Part shown: positions 51,542-63,949 of the stretch, piece by piece
Layout: the number at the start of each line of letters is the position of its first letter
Position numbering within the stretch: position 1 is the stretch's first letter
From: Eledone cirrhosa
Lineage: Eukaryota
DNA length: 64,000 nt
Reading direction: 5' to 3'
Assembly (NCBI GenBank): GCA_964016885.1
Contig: OZ024741.1
Coordinates: 328,600,001 to 328,664,000, forward strand
Translations under genes and position numbers: made by a program
Notes under the pieces: model-generated
The model's input: the letters and a program-made list of their open reading frames with translations, nothing else
The model's database searches: none
Told to the model about the DNA's origin: nothing

Positions 51542-51581
<40 letters not shown>

Positions 51582-51642
51582 AAACAAATTATAAACGTAA
51601 ACATGTAAGTATGTTTTTGAAACGGTGGGCGAGTTTGAAATT

Positions 51643-51862
51643 AGAAATTAGAAATTATAAGCTTTCACCGTATTTTAGACTAAATAAATTTCTAGCCTGA
51701 TAGTGGGGTTTATAACCCTCGGAGAAATGGAAAAATATGAGTGTTGCCTCCCATGTACGGCAACACTCATCTTTTTCCATTTCTCCGAGGGTTATAAACC
51801 CCACTATCAGGCTAGAAATTTCTTTAGTCTAAAATACGGTGAAAGCTTATAATTTCTAATTT

Positions 51863-51864
<2 letters not shown>
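51643..51864. repeat. Near-perfect hairpin element (arms about 105 bp, 10-nt loop TCCCATGTAC)
   Basis: AGAAATTAGAAATTATAAGCTTTCACCGTATTTT...GTGTTGCC / GGCAACAC...AAAATACGGTGAAAGCTTATAATTTCTAATTTCT. Confidence 0.9.
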
Positions 51865-51910
<46 letters not shown>

Positions 51911-52185
51911 GATTGAACCAGTATTAAACTAGATAGACCATTATTCAACAGAGCTATTGATACTTGGGATAGTGCGGCTGAGAACAGAGTCTACAGCTAG
52001 TTCCAGAATACTGTGTTCGGTTATTGGGTGAGATGTAAATCGGGCCGGGTGGTGGTGGGATGGAGGTGTGATATAGGTCGAAAAGTGGTCTACTACTTTT
52101 GTAGGGGCTATGCATATCTTTATTAGAAGAGTCGGAAATTAGCTGCCGAAACGGCAAGAGCCCAGCCGTTAAACACCGACACTTA

Positions 52186-52220
<35 letters not shown>

Positions 52221-52224
52221 GTGT

Positions 52225-52263
<39 letters not shown>

Positions 52264-52809
52264 GCGACTAACCTGTAACTTTCCAGACACTCCCGCACCC
52301 ATTGTAGGGTTTCAGACTAAATTAGAAATTGTCATGCGAAAGTAATATGGGTGGTGTTGTTCAGAAAGACGAAGAGATAAAAACAAATATACCGAGTGGT
52401 GTTTAGTTATGCTTAGCAAATCGTTAAATTATATAAACATAATGGGGGAACCAATTCTGCCTTTGGTTCAATAATATTGCCAACCAATTATAGATCAGTA
52501 AGTGATAACATTTTCGATCGCGGAATTAAAACAAGGTGTAGATATTGGTAATAGGATACGAACATAGTGACCAGTTTTTTCCAATTACCTGACCGATCGA
52601 TATAGAAATAAGGCCAACTGCCACATCATTATAAAAAGAAAACTGTGTAGGAATATGAAATGTGTTATTCTTTTACAGTTAACAATACAGACATTCATAC
52701 TTACATACATATAAATATATATATGAATAAATATAGACAGAGAGAGAGAGAAAGAAAGAAAAGATTTATGTGAGGTGTATGCGTATCTAAAGACATTTTT
52801 TGCAATTCC

Positions 52810-52975
52810 ATCCTGCCCGTCCCCTCAATCTATCTTATTTTCCATTTTTTCTCCTGATCAAGGACTATCGTCCGAAAAGTTAAGACTCTCTTCCTGCTGT
52901 ATCAAGCTTTAACGTAATATATCCCTTCCATATACTGTACCGATTGTGTTGTTATTTCTGTTTACCTTTTACATA
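52810..52975 (+). mobile_element. Short hammerhead-bearing element, copy 2 (core mutated)
   Basis: CTGATCA-A-GGAC TATC GTCC-GAAAAGTTAAGA; collinear with 14428-14592. Confidence 0.7.
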
Positions 52976-52976
52976 C

Positions 52977-53051
<75 letters not shown>

Positions 53052-53052
<1 letters not shown>

Positions 53053-54121
53053 TAGCAGAGGTACCCGGCGTTGCTCGGATATTAAATATCAGTTGTGTAT
53101 ACCATTTATGTCAATACTTCAGTGCTGCTTCGAAAATTATACTTTTACAAAATCATCGGCTTTTTCCAAAAGGGGGCTCCTGCCCCCAGGGGTGCGCTAC
53201 CCAATATGTGCCAATTCTGATAGTTAACATTCATCTGTAGGACAAACGTAAACCCATGTGTCAAGTTTTGTGAAAATCGGTTACGAACTCCAGAAGTTAT
53301 GACGTTTTGTTGCATTGCACTGCAGTGCTTCAGTTGACTCCAAGAAAGTGGTTAAAGTGGTTAAAGGGGTTATCTACCGGGGGGCCCTATAATCAATATC
53401 TGGAAAAATGACAGTGCCCATGACCATCCGGAGTACATAAGTAACCCATGTCTTAAGTTTGGTGAAAATACTGTAGAAATGCAAAAGGTTTATACATACG
53501 CGTGTGCGTTCGTGTGTGTGTGGGGGGGGGGGGATGTATTTGTGTGTGCGTATGTATGTGTATGTCCTTCGGGGCATACGTATGTACTGGCCTGAATCTT
53601 TACTATTTACTTTTACTATTTTAATAATCTCTGTCTTTTTCGTTTTCAAATTTATTTACATCATTCTTAAACTCCGGGGCTGGAAATCATTCTGTTATAT
53701 CAAATAGAATATTAGTCTAACGACTCCATTTATACCATAAACATGGTCTTGTCTTTGCATGAAATTGTTCTTAACGCTCCACATAACGACGTAGTATCCT
53801 CGCTTTTTTCCCGTTCATTGCCAGGGAACGTCTTCACGAACCAAAATATCGTCTTCCTGTTTTCATTCGGTTGCAACGTTTCTCGAAATATTTACCTCTG
53901 CGTTCACAGATTACTCTCAGTTCAATTTGAATGGGAAGTTCCTGTTTCATTGATTTTCTCCGTAATCATGGAAGCTTGTAGCTTGAACGTTGACCCAACG
54001 CCTCCTCGGGTCATTCTGCATAACTGTGCACATTTTCGTTGCATTCCATCAAGCCATTTCGACGTTTATCCGACTACACCTACATAGACAACGGCCGACC
54101 ACTTCCAATTTATATATTAGA
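53052..54121 (-). mobile_element. Non-autonomous Helitron
   Basis: Minus strand begins TCTAATATATAAA and ends CCGAGCAACGCCGGG hairpin + TACCTCTGCTAG; inserted between A and T; internal AAGTTT(T/G)GTGAAAAT repeats. Confidence 0.85.
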
Positions 54122-54247
54122 TTTGTTTATATATGAATGACAAAAAGAAAAATACAAAATTACACATGAATTGTTTCTACTAAACCTTCAATTTAAGACA
54201 CAAACTACATATTTTATAGGACTGCAGCTCACACCTTCTTCTTCTTC

Positions 54248-54306
<59 letters not shown>

Positions 54307-54318
54307 GTTATTGTTATT

Positions 54319-57300
54319 CTTTGAATCTCAGTCATTGATGTTGGTTAACTGGAAAGTCCGTTGGATTGAATATCAAGCCACTACCTGCAGCCTCAGATAT
54401 TCAGGACGTATCGGTGGGTTCTTGCTGTTCCAAGCAAGCATGCCTTTTGAAGCGTTCCAAAAAGCGTGAAGGGGCCGATTTTCTTTAACCATCCCTGGAA
54501 ACCTTTGGAGATAGTCCCCAGTGCGCCTATGACAATCGGGATCACTTTGACTTCATGGCAGTTCCAAATCCTTTTCACCTCCCACTTTAGGTCCTGGTAT
54601 CGGTTAATTTTCTCCCTCTCCTTCTCTTACACTCTCGTGTCGAACGGGCAGGCCACATCCACAATCAGGCACGATCTTTTTTCTTTGTCCACAACCACCA
54701 GGTCAGGTCTATTGTGTTCCAGTTTTTTGTCCGTCTGTATCCTAAAATCCCACAGCACCTTCACCTGACTGTTCTCCATCACCGCCTCTGGCCTATGCTC
54801 ATACCATTTCTCAGAATGTGGTAGATTGTTTACTTTGCACAGGTGCCAGTGGATCACCCTGCCCATCACATCGTGTCTCCAGCCCTTATAGTGGGTCTGG
54901 GCTAGGTGTTTACACTCGGACACAATGTGAGCCACAGTCTCCTCTCTCTCTCCACAGATCCTGCACAGTGGGCTAGCCTCCTCCTTGTAGATATGGTGCT
55001 TCAACCACTTCGTTTTGAGGGCCTGCTCCTGCGCAGCCATTAGCATTCCTTCTGTAGCCTTTTTGAGGTCTCCTCTTCTCAACCAGTTCCATGTCTGTGG
55101 ATCTCTAAATTCAGTTTTCTCAAAGAAGGTACTATGAAGGGATTTTCCCTTAAGGCTGCTCTTCCTCCTTGATGTTATTTCCACCTTGGATATCCCCTGG
55201 CCTACTGTCCCCTCCTTCAGTACAGCTCTGAGCATTGGCTCCTTACTATAGGTCACGTATTTGTATAGGTTGTTTTTCTCCATCTGAACACAGTCCTCTA
55301 TGCTGATAAGACCTCTTCCACCCTCAGATCTCCTTAGGTAGAGTCTATCGACATCACTCCTCTTGTGGAACATGTTGTAGATAGTCAATATCTTCCTAGT
55401 CTTCCTATCCATTTCTTTTTGTTCAGCAACATTCCATCTCAGAATTCCCGCACTGTACCTAATAATAGACACAGCTCGGGAATTTACTGCGCTTATGGCA
55501 TTTCTGCTGTTCAGATGTGACTTCAATACGCTCCTTACTCTCCGAATGTATTCAGTTCTTAACAATTCCTTCATTTTTTTGTTCTTTATGCCATCAGCCT
55601 CCAGAACGCCCAAATACCTGTATCCTTCCTCAGAGTCAATTTCCTTTATCATCTCACCTGTTGGTATCTGGATCCCGTTACTTCTGCTCAACCTACCCCT
55701 CTTCATCACAATGACTCCACATTTACCAATACCAAACTGCATACGTATATCACTGCTGAAAATACGGACAGTGTCAACAAGCACATCCAACTCCTTCTCA
55801 CTTTTCCCGAAGAGCTTAAGATCGTCCATGAAGAGGAGGTGATTGATGGTAAGCTCTCCCCTTCCCAACTTGTATCCTGCTCTCACTTTTCGCAGCATAA
55901 TGGTCAAGGGCATCAGGGCAAGGACAAACAACAAAGGGGACAGGCTATCTCCCTGGAAGATACCTCTCTTGATCTTCACGCTTCCCAAGGATACTCCAGT
56001 TGATGTCAACTCTGTCTCCCAGGACCCCATACTCCTGTCCAGCAACTGTCTGACGTTATCTGCCACCCTGAAGATCTCCAGGCTTTTGGTGATCCAGGAA
56101 TGAGGCACCATGTCAAATGCCTTTCTGTAGTCTATCCATCCCATGGCAAGATCAGTGTGTCTCCTCCTGCAATTCCCCATTACCATCTTATCAATAAGCA
56201 ACTGGTCCTTTGTACCACGTGACTTCTTTCGGCATCCTTTCTGTTCGTCCGGTAACAAGTTGTTTGTGTGGAGGTGATGGTAGATTTCCTCAGACACAAT
56301 GCTCGTCAACAGTTTCCACATTACGGGCAGACATGTGATAGGTCTATAGTTGGTAACATCATTACCCTTGATTCGGTCTTTCATTATCAGAACTGTGGTA
56401 CCTTTTGTCAACCACTCTGGCACCTCACCCGACACCAAGCAGTCATTGAACATGGCCGTCAGCTTCGGGTGGAGGGATGTTAAATGTTTAATCCAATACC
56501 CCTGCACACCATCTGGGCCTGGTGATTTCCAGTTGGTTAGTTTTTTGGCTTGCCCCTTAAGAGTTTCAACTGTGATACTCAAATCAGTCTGTTGTTGTGC
56601 CTGCTCACCGATCTCCCTCTGTACTGTCTCAATCCACCCTGCCTGGGCATTGTGTCTAACATCCTGCTCCCATATTCCTCTCCAGAATGTTTTAGCTTGT
56701 TCCGCCCCAGGGATCAAGTCGTTGCCTCTTTCTTTCCCCTCAAGCTGTCCAAACAGCATCTTCTGGTTGTTGTCGAACATGCGGTTCTGTTTATACTGAC
56801 TGACTCTGTTCTCGTATCGCCTGATTTTGGCACTCTTTGCTACAATGCGTTGCTTCAATTCCTCTATGATAATATTTAGCTTTTTACTCCTAGTTTTGTA
56901 TTTTATTTCCAGTCTATTTTTAGTGCCTATGTTTTTTAGTGTCCCATTCAGTAGTGACTCAAGCTTTCCTATGTCATTTCTCATTTCCCCGATTTGCCCA
57001 CTCAGTCGCTTCTTCCACCACGGCTCTGCTCTTTCTTGTCTGTTGTTTCCTCTCGCTTTTATACCAAGTAGTTTCCTCACCGTATTTGCTGTTGCTTTGA
57101 GGATATTGTTGCACTGGTGAAGACTCCTCGCCTCAAGGTATGGGATGACTTTGTTTACCTTAGCTGTTGTTTCTTTTAACTTTTTCCTGTCTACAAATCT
57201 TAGGTTCATAGGTCTCCCACTATCATTGTTCAACTCATCTACCACTAAATTTAGGATGTCAACCGAATCTTGTCCTAGCCCGTCAGCATTCATCTCCTCA

Positions 57301-58850
57301 GTGGCCGTATCTCTGTTCCAGGTATTATTTATCTCAGTATTCAGATCATTGTCTGCTTCGGGTGGTTCCTCCGTTCTCAGGACCTCCTCACCTTCATTTT
57401 CCGCCGGCTCGCTTGTCTGGCATACTACACACGCCATCTCCAAGCCATTCTCTCTGCTCAGTTCCTCCAGTTCCAGCTCGCTTATCCACCCATTAGTTTT
57501 TATTACCCGAGCCTGCCCGGCCAATTTTTGTTCATCTAATTTAAATAAACCAATTTCGTTCCAGATGTTATGCATCCGTCTCCTGTAGCCCCTCTCCTTG
57601 GGGTTACTTTTCAGGTAGCATTGCATAACAGTTCTATTCAATTCTTTCGTCCAGTTGGTTCTGGCCCCTTTCCTTCTTCTTCTTCCTCCAACATCAGCAG
57701 TATTTGGTTGACAGTCAGGTTCCTGCTGCTGAGCCAGGGGGCACCTGTTGGGTGAGAGTCTGTCACATGACGTTCTAGTCTCCATTTCACCGTTATTCGA
57801 ACTGTTTATGTTCGATATTTAAACACTCTTATCGAGGATTGGCGAATGTATGTTTACATAGCCATCTGTGGATCCGCCATCCCACTTGGCCCTTGTGTGG
57901 CATTATCACCACGCTGTATACGAACACACATAAACAAACAAACACACGGGCAGAAAGGGCCCCAAAAATGAATAAGCATAAGTTTCATTGTAATGTAGTA
58001 TTCGAATGTCTGACTTAGTTTTTGTTTTTTAAGTTTTACTTTTTCCCCCCTCTTCTCTGTCCGTCCGCTTGCTTCTCTCTTCATTCTTATTTTCTTTACG
58101 TTTTTGGGGTTTCTTTTTTTGTTTTTGTTTTTCTCTGTTTGTTTTTCTCGTTTTTTGCTGTTGTTGCTGTGCTGCTTTGGTTTTGTTGTTTGTTTTTTCT
58201 TTTTTCTTTTGAGTCTATCTATATATTTTGATGCCTTCCTCTTTGTTAGTAGTAGGAATTCTATAATGTGGAAGTGGCAGCCAGCAGAGACTGGCGGCGT
58301 TGGCGATACTGAGACAGTGGTGGTGGTGATGTCGATACCGAGGCAGTGGTGGCGGTGATGCGACCGTATTACTGTAGTGATGGTGCTGTAGCGGTGGCAG
58401 CAGCAGTGAAGGAGTCAAGGGGTGGTGGCGGCGGTGATGGGATAGTGGTGGTAATGATGGCCGTAGTGAGCGGTGGCGGTGAAGGTGAAAATGCTGTTGT
58501 GTTTAGTGTACACAGATGATGGGGTGGGTGGTGTATCTAGTTTCTGGTGTTGGTGAGTTTAGCTGTCCTATATAGTGTAGCCAGAGGAGAGGAGGGGGGG
58601 GGCGTTCTTCTTCTTCCATTTATAGCCATTTTTTTTTTGGATATACAGTGTACAATACAAAGTTGAATATTTGAATATTTGAGCCTTATAACAATATATT
58701 TTGGGTCCGAATTTTTTGGGGCTCAAGCCGGGTGCTTTACGTAGCATTTGTACTAAGAGTTGTTATTTCACAAATGATTTAAATATGTTAAAAATTCAAA
58801 ACTTACGGGAGCGATTTCATGACCTCCGTCACCTCGTGCGTCTTCTTCCC
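54319..58850 (-). mobile_element. R4/Dong family D1, full-length, nearly intact
   Basis: (TTA)n on both sides; 5' leader of about 1.07 kb; single long ORF. Confidence 0.96.
54393..57785 (-). pseudogene. Dong D1 ORF (Myb-like, RT FMDD, CCHC, PD-D..K nuclease) with one nonsense mutation
   Basis: 1052-aa ORF stops at 54627-54629 (CAA>TAA relative to the copy near 23180); frame continues to RYVLNI at 54393. Confidence 0.95.
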
Positions 58851-58870
58851 TATTATTATTATTATTATTA

Positions 58871-58936
<66 letters not shown>

Positions 58937-58937
<1 letters not shown>

Positions 58938-61900
58938 AGTTGTATTTATCTTGCTTTATGTTCATACGAGTTATCACCAAGTCACAAGCAGTGACCTCAA
59001 GAGACAACAAGGTCCGCCATGTTCAAGAAAGAACATACATACTCACACATGCATCTTTAGTGTTTAGACTTGTGATGTACTTATATTGACAGAATCTTCC
59101 TTAGTATATGGGCAGTTCCCATTAGTACTATCTTTTGTATTTCTCCTATACGCGGGTTTCCTGGGATTTGCGATAAGTAATCACTAGACCCCTTAGGTAT
59201 CATTCCCAGAGCGCCTACAACCACTGGTATTGTTTTAGTTCTCAATGTCCACATTTTTCCAATTTCTATCTCCAAGTCCTTATACTTGCTCAATTTTTCA
59301 AATGTTTTTATAGATACATCCTTGTCTATTGGAACAGACATATCAATTAGCAGGCATACCCTCTTTTGAAAGTCTTTCAATATTATATCAGGTCTGTTTG
59401 CATCTATTTTTCGGTCTGTTTGGATGCTAAAGTTCCACAAGATTTGAGATGTGATCTTTTTCAAGTATGGGAGGTGGTTGATGCTCCCACCAATTCTTTT
59501 GAAGGGGCAGGTCAAAATGCTTACACATTATCCAATGTATGTATTGTGCAGCTCTGTCATGCCTGTTTAGGTATTCGGTTGGAGCTATAGGACTGCACAT
59601 TGAAATTATATGGTCAATGGTCTCTGGTTGTTTTTTGCATACACGGCATAATGGGCTGCATCCATTTTTTATTATGTTGGCTTGGTAATTTTTTGTTGGC
59701 AGATACTGATCTTGTGCTGATATAATCAGTCCTTCAGTCTCCGATTTCAGTCCAGAGGATGCCAACCACTGATGGGTTAAAGTTTTGTCAACATCAGGAT
59801 TGTTAGCTCGCTCTGGGTATTTTCCATACAGAGGCTTTTCTTGCCATTTCTTAGCCAGTTTCTGTAGCAGTTCTTTCTTTGCAGTTACTTTTACCTGCTT
59901 TGCTTTTTCTGTGTTTTCCATTTCAGCAGTAAATGGGACTTCTGAAATTTGTAGTCCATTACTGTATCTTTGTGCATCTTTTGTAATGGAATATGATCTT
60001 TTGATGCTTTCGTGTTTCAAAACGAGTTTGATCATCCAATCATGTGATTCCCTTAGATATGTAGATAATCCAATTGTTGCAGTTTTCAACGCAATGTCTA
60101 ACTGGATTAACCCACGTGCTCCTTCTTTCCTAGGGAGATATATTCTATCTATATCTGCCTTAGGGTGATGCATTCTGTGCATGGTTAAGAATTTTCGAAT
60201 TTTTGTATCGAGCCTACGGATCTCTGTGCTTGACCAGTTGATGACATTGTAACTGTAGGTTACTACTGGTATGGCAAGCAGGTTTATGGCATCGATCCTA
60301 TTCCTAGCATTCAATTCCGTTCTTAAGATTGCTCTTACTCTTCGGTAACATTCCTTCCTTATCCTTTCCCTCATTGTCGAGTGCTTCATTCCGTCTCCTT
60401 CACAAACACCTAGATATTTGTAAGTTTTTTCTTGATCAAGTTCTCTTATCACGTTCCCCCGATCAAGATTAATGTCTGAACTCTTCAGCAGCTTTCCTCT
60501 GGTGAACGTTGCTTTGGCGCATTTATCTAGTCCAAACTCCATTTTAATGTCATCACTGAACCTCTTCACAGTGGATAATAGCCCTTGCAATTGTTCATCA
60601 TTTTTTGCAAATAGTTTCAGGTCATCCATGTAGAACAGGTGATTAATGGTTTTGTCATAGACTTTATATCCATGTTTTGTTTCGTTGAGCATTTTACTTA
60701 ATGGTATAAGTGCGATGCAGAATAAAAGCGGTGATAAAGAGTCACCCTGAAAAATTCTACAATTAATATTAACTTCTCCAGCTTCCAGTGATTTTGTTTC
60801 ACTATTCAAAAGGAGTGTCGTTTTCCATGTCTTCATACTGAATGACAAAAACTTCCTGACAACGGGGATATTTTGAAAATCTCTAAACATTTTTCAATCC
60901 AACTGTGTGGCAAACTATCGAATGCTTTTTTATAATCTATCCAAGCAATCGATAGATTTTTGTGTCTATTATGACAATCTTCCAGTATCATTTTGTTAAC
61001 CAGAAGCTGATCCTTACAGCCATATGAGCCTCGTTTACACCCCTTCTGCTCAATGGGAAATAGGTCATCTGTTATCAGGTGGTCATATGTGTATTCAGTT
61101 AGGACTGATGTTAAAATTTTATACATTGTGGTCAAGCAAGTTATCGGTCTGTAATTTTGGGGATTTTTTGTCTCATCATTCTTCGGAAGCAGGAGTGTAA
61201 TGCCGTTAACTCGCCATGAAGGTATCTTTTCTGGCTCCTTAACTATTTCATTGTAAAGTTGGGCTAACAGGTCATGAGACTCTGTGAAGGCATTTATCCA
61301 AAAGTTTTGTATTTTGTCTTTTCCTGGGGATTTCCATTTGCTGGTTTTTCTTAGAGCCAAGCGCAACTGTTCAACTGTTATATTTTCCGATGTTTGTTCC
61401 TCAAGGTGAGCTGTATCTTTCATTTGTCTGTCTATCCTATGTTATGAACTTTTTCTTCGGCCCATATCTTTTCCCAGAATTCTTGCACTTCCTCCTTGGG
61501 TGGTATTGATTTAGCAGTTATTGTTGACTTACCAATTTTTCTGTAGAAGTTTCTTTGGTTGTTTTTGAACATATTATTGTCCTTATAGAATCTAGATCGT
61601 TTTTCAAAGCGCCTTATACAAGCAGCTTTGGCCGACACTTTTTGCTTGATTATTTCTATCAGCATGTCTATGTCACATGTTGATTTTATACTGTACTTTC
61701 TTTTCAATTTTCTAAGTTTAGTTTGTTTAACATGTTCACCTACTTTATAGTTTGTTAAAATTTCTATGTCATATCGGAGAAGGTTTATTTGGCGATTGAT
61801 GTTCTCTTGCCAAGTAGATTTCTTGTGGGAATTCCTTTGTTTTTCATCTTCACTCCACATAAGTGAGTGGTGACTTTAGCCGATGCATAATAGAGATGAT

Positions 61901-62004
61901 TTAAATCAGTAATGTTTAGTTTGTTTGTGATGATAATGTTTTTGAGAATTATGTTAGTCTTGTGTATTATCTTTTGGTTCTGTTTGGAGTTCTGGATCTT
62001 AGGG
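58937..62004 (-). mobile_element. R4/Dong family D2, 5'-truncated, frameshifted
   Basis: ORFs 59081-62015 match D2 at 15820-18720. Confidence 0.94.
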
Positions 62005-62361
62005 CTGCGAGCCACCTCCCCACAATGTCATGGTGTATCTAACTTTTCTTTTAGGTCTTACTACGGCTGATTTCTTCCAGAGAGAAAGAAAGAGATGGAA
62101 AAAGGCAGAGAAAATTCATCCCCGGAGGAATAATAAAAAATGTTTACACGGCATATTTATTTTTTGAAATCTAAAGCTACCGATCCAAAATCAGTAATTC
62201 CCGAAAACTTTCAAATATATGCTGTTCTAGCATGAATATTATGCTATGGGGCAGCTGTCCACAAAGTAAGATATACTTGCATATCCCTGCTCATATAAAC
62301 ACATAAATACATGCATACATACATTACAGTTGATATTTTTTTTATTAAAGCGTTTTCATAT

Positions 62362-62451
<90 letters not shown>

Positions 62452-62753
62452 CGAAACATAAGTCAATTGCATGAACTCATAATCCTTTATTTACTGCTTT
62501 ATTTGTATGAGATTGTAAATAAGACAAAAGTATTAGAACAGGGGGAAATAACTCACCGAACGCAATAGTAAATAGACCGTTTTGGGGCCTCAGGGATCAC
62601 ATTTTTCAAGTTAGAGATTTGAAATCTCGTCTATTTGCTTCCTTGGCACATTTTACATAGGTGTGTAAATGTTCATATCCGTCCGACCACGTCTACTACA
62701 ATTTAACCGTGCACAATTGAATTTCAACCACCACACATTTCACAAATATATAT

Positions 62754-62786
<33 letters not shown>

Positions 62787-62787
62787 A

Positions 62788-62910
62788 TCCCGTGTTTAAT
62801 CGGGAGTAAGCACATTAAGTAAGGTACTCAATAGACAATAAAGTAAATAATGATTAATATAGAAATGGCTTCTACAGGACTAGAACTGTTTCATGAAATT
62901 ATCAGTACTG
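62788..62910 (-). mobile_element. Decayed relative of the 48490-48620 hammerhead element
   Basis: Shares GTAAGGTACT.AATA and TTCTACAGGACTAGAACTGTTTCAT; stem II region deleted. Confidence 0.65.
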
Positions 62911-63042
62911 TATATATATATATATGTGTGTGTGCATGTGTGTGTGGAAATGTCCGTAGGGGTGAGAAAGAAACAAGGAAAACAGTGCTCAATCGGGAAG
63001 AGAACTAATATAATCTATTATTTATCTACGTTCATACAATAT

Positions 63043-63136
<94 letters not shown>

Positions 63137-63429
63137 ATATATACATATACATATATATACATATACATATACATACATGTACATATATATACATTATACA
63201 CATATACTCATTATTAATACATATTAACTCTTTATTCGCATATATCATCAATTCAACCAATATACAAACTTTAACTTCACATTATTTTTCTCAAATCCTT
63301 CTACACACAAACCTTAATAATTTTTCTCTTCGTTAATTTTGAAATTGCCACAATACATACATTTCTTTTTTTGACGTTAGAATATTCATCCACAATTATT
63401 ATTTTTTTCTCTCTATCTTCATACATAAT

Positions 63430-63845
63430 TTCCCTTCGTTAATTTTCAAATTCCTTTAATTTATACATTATCTTCCAACGGTTCCCAACCTCTCTATGTT
63501 AAAACAATATATCTTTTTCTCAGTTATAAAAACTATCTCTTTCTCTCTATCACCCACCTCTCCCTCTCCACCTTCACTCTCATCTCCTACCCCTTTTTTC
63601 ATCCTTTCCACCACCCCCCTCCCTAAATAAAATATTTTTTCCTCGCACATATCCTCCCTTCGTTAATTTTCAAACTTTTTAATTTATACAGTATCTTCCA
63701 ACGGTTTTCAACCTCTCTATGTAAAAAATATATCTCCTCTCAGTTATAAAAACTATCTCTTTCTCTCTATCACCCATCTCTCCCTCTCATCTCCTTCCCT
63801 TTTCATCCTTTCCAACCCCCCCACTCTCTAAATAAAATATTTTTT
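63430..63845. repeat. Tandem duplication of a pyrimidine-rich unit (about 225 bp, second copy shorter)
   Basis: CCCTTCGTTAATTTTCAAA...AAATAAAATATTTTTT twice. Confidence 0.85.
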
Positions 63846-63949
63846 TCCCAATATCACACATCAATCTAAAACCACTTTTCATATGTTGATTTAAAACTAC
63901 ACTATCCACAAGTGTTTTTTAGCCTTCATATCATGTTCTCCTGTTTTAT

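Larger units (their letters stand above)
48965..51544. mobile_element. Palindromic head-to-head Naiad-like PLE (GIY-YIG + pLTR on both arms)
   Basis: ORFs 49474-50007 (-) and 50445-50978 (+) differ at one residue; arms of about 1.1 kb; (TA)n on both sides. Confidence 0.9.

Noticed and set aside
52120-52162. Additional hammerheads here and near 62575 and 12180
   Set aside because: Core nucleotides too degenerate to support a call.
53743-54087. Rep/helicase or captured gene inside the Helitron
   Set aside because: No recognisable motifs in the frames examined.
57790-57910. HDV-like ribozyme in the D1 5' UTR
   Set aside because: Only simple hairpins found (GGCGGAT/ATTCGCC, TCGAAC/GTTCGA); could not build the HDV topology.
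58780-58850. Leader module as a spliced-leader RNA gene
   Set aside because: Donor is present, but the following T-rich runs (AAGTTTTGA, GAATTTTTAA) do not fit the Sm site RAU4-6GR.
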